Source of the DNA: Faecalimonas sp.
Lineage (GTDB): Bacteria > Bacillota > Clostridia > Lachnospirales > Lachnospiraceae
DNA length: 64,000 bases
NCBI GenBank assembly: GCA_045629665.1
Contig: JAZQRQ010000073.1
Coordinates: 7,892-71,891 of the forward strand
Reading direction: 5' to 3'
Shown: in pieces, positions 47,320 to 56,884 of the stretch
How the letters are laid out: each line of letters opens with the position of its first letter
How positions within the stretch are numbered: position 1 is the stretch's first letter
The notes under the pieces: generated by a model
What the model was told of the DNA's origin: nothing
Seen by the model: the letters and a program-made list of their open reading frames with translations, nothing else
Databases searched by the model: none
Translations under genes and position numbers: made by a program

Positions 47320-47339
47320 GTGTAACCTCCTTTCATATT

Positions 47340-47406
47340 CAGCAATCAAAAGACACAATGGGCTTGTGGCCTTTGATTGCCGGGGAAATCGATTACCGAT
47401 TTCCCC
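47340..47406. other. Intergenic double stem-loop, copy 1
   Basis: CAGCAATCAAAAG / CCTTTGATTGCCG (47340-47382) abutting GGGGAAATCG / CGATTTCCCC (47382-47406). Confidence 0.8.
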
Positions 47407-47434
47407 TTATGCATTATTTTAAACTAACTGTTTT

Positions 47435-49321
47435 TTAATCTGCTTGCAAACGGAATGTGTTTGTTGTAGCATCCCAATAAGTGCTGTAACCTTCGTTCAT
47501 GCATACTAATTTGGCTTCATCACCTTCGGTATAGGTGTAACCAGATCCAGGTTTGAAGTTAAATGCGCTAAAGTTTGTATCCTCAACGACCACAAACTTA
47601 ATGGTGCCAAATTCAGAGGCAAGGTTAATTGTATTGTGGTTAGTGCCAATATTAAAATTCACAATGCCTGTGATGCCGTCACCACCAACAGTAGGAGTAT
47701 GACCGCCAGCAAGGTAAATGTTGTCAGCAAGTTCGCCGCCGGAAATCGTTAATCTCGGACACCAGCCATAGAAACCGTTGTGATTAGCATTACTCGTACT
47801 CACATTACCGCTGATTTTACCACCGGTCATATTCAAAATGGTATAGTTGGTAAGACGCAAAGCACCGGAATCTGCAGCAGTGTTGTTGCAGATCTCAAAA
47901 TCACCACTAAGATTGATGGTAGAGTAAGTTCCGGTGTAGATACCACCGCCAACACCGCCTGCAGTGTTATTGTTAATCTTACCGCTATTGAGATTGTAAA
48001 CAGAGGTATTTCCGTTTACGCCGTAACCCCAGATAGCACCGCCGTCCGTTGCAGCTATGTTGTTGCAAATTTCGCCACCATTCATAGTAAGATTGCATTT
48101 ACCAACCATACGGATTGCACCTGCAACGCCAGTAGAACGGTTGTTGTTGATTTTCGATCCTTCGTTGATGGTAATATGTCCGCCACCCCAGATTGCACCA
48201 GCATCAGAGCGATTGTTGATAATCCAACCACCATTCATAGTTAGGGTTGCGCCGATTCTTGTGCCGAGGTTAACAGCAAAAGCCCCATCATTATTTTGAA
48301 GCACTGCACCTTCGTTAAGCACAATTTTGGCATTACTCTCAGCCAAAATTAAATCGCCTGTTGCAGTGACACCGGCATTAGTAACATTTTCATCGGAAAG
48401 TGTATTCGCCCAAACAGCACCGCCATCTACGATTGTATCCTCAACAGTTAAAGATGCATTTGCTTTCACCGTAAATACCGTACCAGTGTAACCGCCTGCT
48501 CGGCTAATTGTGTGACCTGCACCGTTAATATTTGTAGCATAATCTACGTTAAAGGTTTCAGCAGTTTCAATGTTTTCAGTCAAAACTATATTTTCTACCT
48601 TGTTTGCAAGAGCAATCTTCAACTCATTTGCGTTGGAAACCGATACAAAATCAAGACTTGCATCCTTATCATACTGATTATCAAAACTATCTTCTTCTGC
48701 AGTAAGCTGAGTTGCAACAAGTTGAACTGCAAAATCAGCACCAATTTCCTTGTTCTGATATGTATTTCCTGCTGTCTCCTGCATCTTAAGAGCAAGTGTC
48801 ACAATCATACTTTCACCAGCCAACAGGTTACCTGTTGCTGTACTGTTATCACTAGCCAAATTAGCAAGAACAGCGCTGAGTGTACCGATTTTATTGCTAT
48901 CAGCAAGGTCTGTTCGCTTTGTAACGGCACTTGCAGGATCCATGTAATACACATCGATTACATCTGCTAATTCGCTAACTGTACCGTTTGCTATAATATT
49001 TAATTTGTACTTAAGAGCAAGTGTGCCTACATTTGCAATTCTAATATGACGAACCTGTGTATAACCTGGTTCCCATAAGTCATAGTCGAAGATTGCTCCT
49101 GTAGATGCATCTGTCCATACTGCATCTGTCGCTGAAGGATCATTTTTTCCTTCCATCCAATCCATTGTCACATCTAATGTTCCTGATTTGATGATATTAC
49201 CTGAGCTTGTAACTTCATCTGTGAACCATGCAAATGTGGTTCCAATGAGCATTGCCATACAAAGTACTAATGACAAAATACTGCTGAACAATGCTTTTTT
49301 TGTTGTTTTTTTGTTTGTCAT
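47435..49321 (-). CDS. TasA-domain protein fused to a beta-helix with GGAI-type repeats
   Basis: MLIGTTFAWFTD signal; LWEPGYTQVRHIRIANVG; repeats GAIWG, AGAIR, GGAIWG, GGGIY. Confidence 0.85.
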   Translation of the reverse strand: MTNKKTTKKALFSSILSLVLCMAMLIGTTFAWFTDEVTSSGNIIKSGTLDVTMDWMEGKNDPSATDAVWTDASTGAIFDYDLWEPGYTQVRHIRIANVGTLALKYKLNIIANGTVSELADVIDVYYMDPASAVTKRTDLADSNKIGTLSAVLANLASDNSTATGNLLAGESMIVTLALKMQETAGNTYQNKEIGADFAVQLVATQLTAEEDSFDNQYDKDASLDFVSVSNANELKIALANKVENIVLTENIETAETFNVDYATNINGAGHTISRAGGYTGTVFTVKANASLTVEDTIVDGGAVWANTLSDENVTNAGVTATGDLILAESNAKIVLNEGAVLQNNDGAFAVNLGTRIGATLTMNGGWIINNRSDAGAIWGGGHITINEGSKINNNRSTGVAGAIRMVGKCNLTMNGGEICNNIAATDGGAIWGYGVNGNTSVYNLNSGKINNNTAGGVGGGIYTGTYSTINLSGDFEICNNTAADSGALRLTNYTILNMTGGKISGNVSTSNANHNGFYGWCPRLTISGGELADNIYLAGGHTPTVGGDGITGIVNFNIGTNHNTINLASEFGTIKFVVVEDTNFSAFNFKPGSGYTYTEGDEAKLVCMNEGYSTYWDATTNTFRLQAD

Positions 49322-49381
49322 TTTTGTTTCTCCTTGTATTCTTATTTTTGTTCACTCCAAAGAGTGAAGGATAATTGTTAA

Positions 49382-52300
49382 TTATTTAAAAAATTTTCCG
49401 TAGCATTCAATCATCGCCACCAATTCTTCTACTGTTAAGTTACCTTTACCAATAGACACTTTCAAGAACTGACCACCTGCCGCATCAAACATCTCTCTTG
49501 ATAATTCTGCGTATTGTGAAAGTTCTTCATATGTGAACAATCCATATGTCTCGATATCACGAGCCATTGCCTCGTAGTCATAAGTCATTGTTTCTGCATC
49601 TACATCAAAGATGTTAAACAATCCACCTACACCGCCTGGCATAGAAAGCATACCATTTACAAAGTAACAAAGGTGTCCGGCTGTAACAGGACTCCATGCA
49701 GTTGTTACTTGGTTTTCCAGTACAACATCCACTAATGCAACTTTCTCTAACTTATCGCCATTTTGTTTCGCAAATGTATGTCCGATATATTGGTCTGCAT
49801 TTCTGTCAAGGTATACATACTTGTTCAGATTGTAATCCCAGAAACCATGTTCTGAAATAACTTTTACCTCTGTACCATCTGAGAAGTAGAGTTTGATTAC
49901 TTCTACCTCTCTTTCCACTTCACTATCTACAAACATAATTGGTGCAAAATCAAATGCACCTGTTTCAAGATTCCAAACCAATAAATCTTCTGTGCCCGTT
50001 AACTCACAAACCTTTTTCAGGGTGCCATCTGCAAGAGTGATAAGAGTATCAGGAGTTACACAGGATGGACATTCATGTTCTGCACGATAAAACTCGATTA
50101 CATAATAGTACGTAGTTCCCTTATTATCTTTATAAGTAAACTGGCAGTATATAGAATTGGCTTTTTGGTCAGAACCTAATGCACCACTTGTCCATCCATA
50201 TAAGCTCTTATATGTTCCTGAGGTAATTGCACCCTCACTACCACTCTTTCCCGATCCAGAAGACCATCCCCCTCCACCGGATGGTTTATCTGTGGTTAAA
50301 ATAGTTAGATTTGTCGGTTTGGTTGTCGATTCTGGAGAAACGATTGTGGTTGCAATATCTGCTGTTCCTCCCTCTGCATAATCCTCTATCTTTATACCCA
50401 AGAACACTGGATACAACCAGTTGAAATCTGAAGAATTATCTTTAAAATCAACATACACTCTTGGACAATTAACTGTTATTCCATCAATTGTAGTACTTGT
50501 AACATTTGTTCCTGTTGAAGAAGGCATAATGTAAAGATTTCCACTGTTAGATGATACTGTCTTAACATCAGTAATAGTAGTGGCTGCCGTTTTACTTATA
50601 GAACTATATCCATAGAATGTGAATTTTGCATCCTTTGCCGTAGCTTCAACAACATAAACTGCTATTTCTATACTCTTCTCATATTTAATCTCAAAACTAA
50701 CAACTTCACCTTTGTCATTTAATTTAAAATTATACGGGTCTGTATATGTATACACTGCTTGATATGTTCCCGCTTTATTAAAGGTAATTGTCTTTCCAGT
50801 ATAATCTATTCCATCAATTATCACGGTATAAGGCAATTGGTTTCCAGTTTTAGTTACTGAAAGAATGTTCGGATCATATACCTTGTTTTTACCTTGATCA
50901 AATGAAATCTCTAGTTGTTTCGTATCACTATTGTAATAACAATGTTCATTTGAATCTGATGAAGGTGCCACATAATTTTGCTCTGCTTCGTGGTCAAATT
51001 TTACATTAGGTAAAATACTATATTGTTCGCTAGGAGAAAATGTTTTAGGTGGCATTGAAACACTAGTAGGTACTGCAGTATAAACATATCCCCTGTATGA
51101 CATAATAGAAGCATCTTTTCCTGTATATCCCTTTAGTGTATCGATATTATCTTTTCCTATTCCCTCAGTTATAGATAATATACAAGGATTAATCCATGTT
51201 ACACCATCAGAATCTGTATATTGCAAATTCTTGTAAGTTGTATTAAACATAGCTGAACGAAGCTGTTCCGCTGTACTATCTTTAAAGGTTGTTTTATTTG
51301 AAATACAATTATACTGTGTTAGTAAAGGATTTCCGTTTGCGTCCGTCTTGACATGCAATTTGGCTGCAAGATTGCATTCATAGAATACAATGCCTAATCC
51401 AACAACTCCCTTATCATTTGATGTCGATTTTCCATCCGCTGTCGACTGATTAATTGTTATCACGTTATCTAGTGTAATACTACCACCTCGAATATCTAGG
51501 TTGGCAAAAATTCCACCCTCAAGGGTAGTATTAATAATCTGCAAATCTCCATCTTGTGCACGTACAGCCGAAGAACCATTCGACACGTAACTATTCGCGA
51601 TAATCGAATTACCATTTGTCAGAATTGTAGGATAATTATATTCGGATTTAGCTGTTGCACCGTATTTCGTATATACTTCTCCAATGATTTGAATATTATC
51701 TAAAATAGCATTTTTCAACGCAACAGCATAATTACCTCCGATATAACCGTTCACGGTATCTCCATCCTTACCAGCAGTAACATCAAATTTAAATCCATTT
51801 CCGTACAAAGTCGCATTTTCGAGCCAGAAATTACCGTTTGAAGACATAGTAATGTCATTGAGCAGAACAGAATTCCTATTCTTTAACGGAGAGTTACCAC
51901 CGCTAGCAGTAGTTACATTGTAGGCATTCACAACTTCCAAATACAATATTGTAGGTTGACAGAAATCGTAATCTTGGATAGTAACTTTAACAACACCTGT
52001 TCCAGAGAATTCAATTGTACCTTGCATCCAATCTGTAGTATTAGGTTTGAATGTTCCTGATACATTTGAATTTTCGTCAACTTTATCAATGCTTACATAT
52101 ACACCTGAGTCACTAATTTCACGCGCTAGTTTCTTGCCATTCTCATCAGATTTAGGTTTTTCATCTTCGTCATATAATTCAGTATTTGCTTGGAATAACG
52201 TTTCTAGATATACAGTATTTTGGTTACCAACGCGATATAAATAATCATTAGTAAATTTACTTACAAATTTCTCAGCAGATTCGTTTTGATCACCTTCAAT

Positions 52301-54721
52301 AATACCCAAATCGGTTACAATACCACTATATTCTTTCAATCCAATACTATTTACTCCCCAACTGAAACCAGTAAAGAGTTGATGGAATGGAAGGTATACG
52401 GCTTGCTTATCTTCAGCATCTGTGTGGTTGTGTCCAATACAGGTCGCTTGTTCTTTCCCTTTTGAGATATCAATCTCATCATTCGGAACACGGCTGAACT
52501 GATAATCCTCCGAATATGAAGCCATGGTATTTTCTTCAAACTCACAATAGAAGTAATCATTCCAATCACCAAAATTAACGGTGCACTTCTCTGCTGAAAT
52601 ACCTTTCATATTTGGAATAACTTTTCCTTCTTCATTAGTTGTATTATGGCGAATAGAACCAATTATCATACCTGCATAGCGATATGCATAATATTGATAA
52701 TTTGCACATACGTCATTGTAAACATCAATCTGTGCAGCAACATGACAGTTGTCAAAATAAACCGTATCTCCTGTAGAATCACCATTTTCATCGACATTAC
52801 CACGATACATACCAATCAGACCACCACAAGCAACATCCCAGCTTCCCCACAAAGCCGAAATAATATTAGTATTATCCACAGTAATGTTCTTTAAAGTAAT
52901 AGTTTCTTTTGTTTCATGTTCTCTTCCAGCAATACCAATAATTCCTCCATTACCAGTGTTATATACACGAGGATTACATTGTGTAATTGCAATATTTTCA
53001 AACTTTGAATTCACTGCATATGCTGCAATAACACCTGTAGGTGTAAATTCACCATCAGATTCGAATTTGTCAACAGTCAAGTTCTTAACACTACCATTTA
53101 CAACATAACCGAAAAGTCCCATTGCATCTTTATAGTAATTTGGTGTTCCACTATAACCATCATTATAATCGCCAAACATTTCCCAAGTATTCTGATAGAA
53201 ATTAGAAATAGTATGACCATCACCATCAAAAACACCTTCGAAAGAATATACAGTACTTTCAACATTCGTTTCTACAGTTGTAGGTCGATTACAGTTGTTC
53301 TTACTTACAAATTCTTTGTTATTATTGTATCCAATAGGATAAAAAATTGTCGTTGTTGCACTTCCCTTTTCTTCATCAGACACTACATTACCATGATTCA
53401 AGTTAATATCTGAAAGAAGTTTTACTGTTTTGCCTTCAAAACTATCTCTTGCAATTCCTGCGGCCATACCACCTACGATTTGAGAAAAAGCATGAAGTTG
53501 ATCGGCATTGGCAACAGTCAACTCAGTTTTACTTACATCATACCAATCATAATCAACTTTACCCTGCCAAGCCTTTGAAGTGTCAGCTACCATTGCAACC
53601 TCAGAGAACGAAGTCATTGCAACACTTACTTCTCCTGTAAGCGGATCATATGTAAATGTATTATGTGCAGTAAGTTCAGACGCATCATTAACCAACGTCA
53701 TCTTTGAAGTAGTACCATCTTCGACGTGGAAAAGGTGATAGTTACCCATGTTCATGTATTTAGGTAATACTTCGCCAAGTTCAATTACTATCGGAACTGT
53801 ATTATCTTCAGCCACTCCATCAATATGAACATCAACCGGAATCAACACTTCGTTATTAACTACTGTAATGTCACTTGTTGTATTTTTAAGAGGCGTAACA
53901 GAAAGTGTAAGTTTGTCTGCATCATCTTCCATAGTTACACCAGCCGGAACAAATGCGGAAATACCGTCTCCATTTAAAGTTACGCCATCTGTTGGAACCT
54001 TTCCATTGTCAGGAGTAACATTTACTGACACCTTGCCTGGAGTTAAGATTGTCGGCATTTCTGCTTTTGAATCATAATCCGAACCAAAAGAATCCTGCTC
54101 AAATGGTGCCTGAGTTGCTAATGCCGTAATGGTAAATTGTCCGGCATCCTCATTCTGGTACTCATTTCCGGCGGTAATAATCATATTCATCGCCATGGTC
54201 ACAATAACCTCACCTGACGGATGCAGAGGGCTGGATTGTTCTGCTGCCAACAGGGTACCATCTGCAGTAGCACCACCATTTAATACGTTATTAAGCAAAC
54301 CTATTACCTTTAGGTTCTTCAAATCTGAGCGTTGTTCTACATTTACACCACCCTCAGCAAAGTACACGTTAATAACTTCAGCTAGTTTGCCCACACCATT
54401 CTGAGGCGTGAGAGATAACTTATAGTTAAGAGCAAGTTCACCGGCATTAACCAATTTTATGTACTTAACATCAGTGTATCCCGGCTCCCAATTATCATAG
54501 TTGAATATAGTATTATGTCCGTCTTCCTCAACATTGCGCCATTCGCCACTATTAAGGTCGTCCGTCCAATACATTTCTAAATCCAAGTTTCCAGCTGTAA
54601 TAATATTATTACTACTAGAGATTTTGTCGCTGAACCACGCAAATGTCGTGCCAATGAGCATAGATATGCACAACAGCAAGGCTATTACACTATGGAGCAA
54701 CGAATTTTTAGTCTTCTTCAT
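49382..54721 (-). CDS. 1779-aa TasA-domain adhesin with GLUG/beta-helix region and C-terminal Hedgehog-like Hint domain
   Basis: MLIGTTFAWFSD signal; NWEPGYTDVKYIKLVN; FEGVFDGDGHTISN...GLFGYV (GLUG-type); Hint from C1554 (CVTPDTLITLADG) to YFVNGMLS1693. Confidence 0.88.
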   Translation of the reverse strand: MKKTKNSLLHSVIALLLCISMLIGTTFAWFSDKISSSNNIITAGNLDLEMYWTDDLNSGEWRNVEEDGHNTIFNYDNWEPGYTDVKYIKLVNAGELALNYKLSLTPQNGVGKLAEVINVYFAEGGVNVEQRSDLKNLKVIGLLNNVLNGGATADGTLLAAEQSSPLHPSGEVIVTMAMNMIITAGNEYQNEDAGQFTITALATQAPFEQDSFGSDYDSKAEMPTILTPGKVSVNVTPDNGKVPTDGVTLNGDGISAFVPAGVTMEDDADKLTLSVTPLKNTTSDITVVNNEVLIPVDVHIDGVAEDNTVPIVIELGEVLPKYMNMGNYHLFHVEDGTTSKMTLVNDASELTAHNTFTYDPLTGEVSVAMTSFSEVAMVADTSKAWQGKVDYDWYDVSKTELTVANADQLHAFSQIVGGMAAGIARDSFEGKTVKLLSDINLNHGNVVSDEEKGSATTTIFYPIGYNNNKEFVSKNNCNRPTTVETNVESTVYSFEGVFDGDGHTISNFYQNTWEMFGDYNDGYSGTPNYYKDAMGLFGYVVNGSVKNLTVDKFESDGEFTPTGVIAAYAVNSKFENIAITQCNPRVYNTGNGGIIGIAGREHETKETITLKNITVDNTNIISALWGSWDVACGGLIGMYRGNVDENGDSTGDTVYFDNCHVAAQIDVYNDVCANYQYYAYRYAGMIIGSIRHNTTNEEGKVIPNMKGISAEKCTVNFGDWNDYFYCEFEENTMASYSEDYQFSRVPNDEIDISKGKEQATCIGHNHTDAEDKQAVYLPFHQLFTGFSWGVNSIGLKEYSGIVTDLGIIEGDQNESAEKFVSKFTNDYLYRVGNQNTVYLETLFQANTELYDEDEKPKSDENGKKLAREISDSGVYVSIDKVDENSNVSGTFKPNTTDWMQGTIEFSGTGVVKVTIQDYDFCQPTILYLEVVNAYNVTTASGGNSPLKNRNSVLLNDITMSSNGNFWLENATLYGNGFKFDVTAGKDGDTVNGYIGGNYAVALKNAILDNIQIIGEVYTKYGATAKSEYNYPTILTNGNSIIANSYVSNGSSAVRAQDGDLQIINTTLEGGIFANLDIRGGSITLDNVITINQSTADGKSTSNDKGVVGLGIVFYECNLAAKLHVKTDANGNPLLTQYNCISNKTTFKDSTAEQLRSAMFNTTYKNLQYTDSDGVTWINPCILSITEGIGKDNIDTLKGYTGKDASIMSYRGYVYTAVPTSVSMPPKTFSPSEQYSILPNVKFDHEAEQNYVAPSSDSNEHCYYNSDTKQLEISFDQGKNKVYDPNILSVTKTGNQLPYTVIIDGIDYTGKTITFNKAGTYQAVYTYTDPYNFKLNDKGEVVSFEIKYEKSIEIAVYVVEATAKDAKFTFYGYSSISKTAATTITDVKTVSSNSGNLYIMPSSTGTNVTSTTIDGITVNCPRVYVDFKDNSSDFNWLYPVFLGIKIEDYAEGGTADIATTIVSPESTTKPTNLTILTTDKPSGGGGWSSGSGKSGSEGAITSGTYKSLYGWTSGALGSDQKANSIYCQFTYKDNKGTTYYYVIEFYRAEHECPSCVTPDTLITLADGTLKKVCELTGTEDLLVWNLETGAFDFAPIMFVDSEVEREVEVIKLYFSDGTEVKVISEHGFWDYNLNKYVYLDRNADQYIGHTFAKQNGDKLEKVALVDVVLENQVTTAWSPVTAGHLCYFVNGMLSMPGGVGGLFNIFDVDAETMTYDYEAMARDIETYGLFTYEELSQYAELSREMFDAAGGQFLKVSIGKGNLTVEELVAMIECYGKFFK

Positions 54722-54751
54722 GTCTGTATCCCCCTTTGAATATTGCCATTA

Positions 54752-54822
54752 CAGCAATCAAAAGACACAAAAGATTATTTATGCCCTTTGATTGCCGCCT
54801 ATCCCTAGTAAATAGAGATAGG
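54752..54822. other. Intergenic double stem-loop, copy 2
   Basis: CAGCAATCAAAAG / CCTTTGATTGCCG (54752-54797) abutting CCTATCCCTA / TAGAGATAGG (54798-54822). Confidence 0.8.
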
Positions 54823-54864
54823 TCGGACTTATATCATCTGATTCATCAGATAAATTTTAGTTCA

Positions 54865-56850
54865 CTAAGGTTTAGCTATGTCTTCCCAACCATCGTTAGC
54901 AAGGTATCTGCCAAGTTCACCCTTGAATGTACCGCCAGTGATAGTAACATTCTCTGTGGTAGCCTTTGCATTTCCACCACCGAAAGCAACATCATTATTG
55001 AATGTACCACCGGTGATAGTAACATCCACATTAGCAAAACTCTGTCCATATGAATATGAGTAGATAGATAAACCACCTGTACCATTCAGAACTCCACCGT
55101 TAACAGTCAGATTAACATCAGGAGCATCTGCTGGCTTGTTGCTAGGCAGTTGAATCTGAACAGCACGAGCACCGGTAATGGTTCCGCCGTTGATTGTACA
55201 ATTGATAGCAGCACTGCCAAATGGACACAGACGGATGGCATTCTTCTGGCTTACAACCTTACCACTATTGATAATCAATTCAGCACCGGCAGAGCAGTCG
55301 ATAGCAACACTAGATCCTGAATTAGTTGTATTGATTACAGTTGCACCGTCAATCACAAGTTTCCCGGTATTATTGATAGTGTTGGTGCCATAACCAAAGT
55401 TAGGATCGCCAACGCCTTTGTAAGTAACAGTACCGTTCTTGATTGTAAGTTCGCCCTTGTTAGCAATTGCACTAGATGCAGCTGCAGTTGTGTTCTTAGT
55501 AGTAATGGTGTTGCCATTTAAATCAAGTACAACAGCCTTGTCTGCTGGGACAGTAATGTTTGCTTCACCAAGGTCAACATCAGCATCTAAAATAATGTCT
55601 CCACCTTTTGCAATAGCATCTGCCAATGTAGCAGCATCAGCAACCTTCTTAGCACCGAAGGTGTAGGAATATGTACCGATGGTGATATACTCGCCTGTCT
55701 CCTCATTTGCTGAACCAGAAGTAGCGTTAGGATCTATTGTAGTCTCATAGAGACGCAATTCAACAGTCATAGTCTTTCCTGCCATAGCAGCCTGATCTAC
55801 AGCAAATGCACCACAAGAGAATTCTTTAACAGCAAGGCAGAGTTCTTCATAGTTCATGCTAATACCTGCAAACTCAAGCATACGAACAGGAGTATTAGCA
55901 GCGATATCGCCAACACCATCTAATTCAAATGCGAGCCAATCAGGAGAATATGTATCATACTGACCTGCTAGACCGATAGCAGCATCATCTACATCCTGAT
56001 CAAAGAATGCAACAAAGTCAGCGTGCCAGTAACGGTAAGCGTTCATCTGTGCCTGATCGTAAGTCTCGGTTGTGTTAAACACATAGCCGGTGTCTAATGT
56101 AACAGTATTGCCGCCAAGGGTTCCAACTGTAGGCATTTTTGCCAAAACAGTAGTACGTGCTGCCGGAGCACCGCCAAACTTTGCATCTGCGTCATATTGA
56201 TTGTTGAAAGAGTCACTCTCAGAAGTGTACTGAGTAGCCATAAGGTTGATTCCTAGATCAATCTGAGGTGCAACCTCTCCTGTACGGTAATTTGCTTCAT
56301 TACCAACTGTTTCAGGCATATAAACTACTAATGCAACATACTGTTCAACTGCACCTGCTTCGATGCTACCAGCCTTAGTATAACCAGTAGATAAAATAGC
56401 AGAATTAGTCACTGCGGCACGTGCAGCTGCACGGTCTGCATAAGGTGTGGAAACACCTTCGATAGCACCGAACTCAATGTAATCAGAAAGACGCAGTGCT
56501 TCACCTGCAACATTAATAGATTCGACCTCATTTACAATGTTAATACCCAACTGATATTTCAACGCAAGAGTTCCAAGATTAGAAACCTTTAAGTAAACAA
56601 CTTCTGTGTGCCCAGGTTCCCAAAGAGTATTTTCCTCAAACACATTAGTATTAGCGGTAACTTTTTCCCAGCTATCGCCATTGTAGTATTCCAACTCAAC
56701 ATCAAGATTACCGGACTTGATGATATTGTTAGTGCTGGAAACACTATCCGTAAACCAAGCGAATGTCGTTCCAATAAGCATTGCCATGCACAGAACTAGT
56801 GACAACACGCTTGATAAAAGTGCACGTTTTGTGCTTTTTTTGTTATTCAT
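54865..56850 (-). CDS. TasA-domain protein fused to an uncharacterised domain and a beta-helix
   Basis: MLIGTTFAWFTD signal; LWEPGHTEVVYLKVSNLG; C-terminal xTIxGGTF beta-helix repeats; ATG 56850 after GGAGG. Confidence 0.85.
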   Translation of the reverse strand: MNNKKSTKRALLSSVLSLVLCMAMLIGTTFAWFTDSVSSTNNIIKSGNLDVELEYYNGDSWEKVTANTNVFEENTLWEPGHTEVVYLKVSNLGTLALKYQLGINIVNEVESINVAGEALRLSDYIEFGAIEGVSTPYADRAAARAAVTNSAILSTGYTKAGSIEAGAVEQYVALVVYMPETVGNEANYRTGEVAPQIDLGINLMATQYTSESDSFNNQYDADAKFGGAPAARTTVLAKMPTVGTLGGNTVTLDTGYVFNTTETYDQAQMNAYRYWHADFVAFFDQDVDDAAIGLAGQYDTYSPDWLAFELDGVGDIAANTPVRMLEFAGISMNYEELCLAVKEFSCGAFAVDQAAMAGKTMTVELRLYETTIDPNATSGSANEETGEYITIGTYSYTFGAKKVADAATLADAIAKGGDIILDADVDLGEANITVPADKAVVLDLNGNTITTKNTTAAASSAIANKGELTIKNGTVTYKGVGDPNFGYGTNTINNTGKLVIDGATVINTTNSGSSVAIDCSAGAELIINSGKVVSQKNAIRLCPFGSAAINCTINGGTITGARAVQIQLPSNKPADAPDVNLTVNGGVLNGTGGLSIYSYSYGQSFANVDVTITGGTFNNDVAFGGGNAKATTENVTITGGTFKGELGRYLANDGWEDIAKP

Positions 56851-56884
56851 TTTCATTTCCTCCAATTAAATCTGTCTTAACTAA

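Noticed and set aside
46357-47325. 322-aa plus-strand ORF
   Set aside because: Antisense to two operon genes; no domain signal.
49643-50062. A true splicing intein
   Set aside because: No terminal His-Asn/Gln followed by Cys/Ser/Thr, and no homing endonuclease; the end resembles Hedgehog-type Hint.
53575-53625. AMTSFSEVAMV as a ZU5/GPS-like autoproteolysis site in the 1779-aa protein
   Set aside because: It lacks the His of the H-F/L-S/T motif; the resemblance is too weak.
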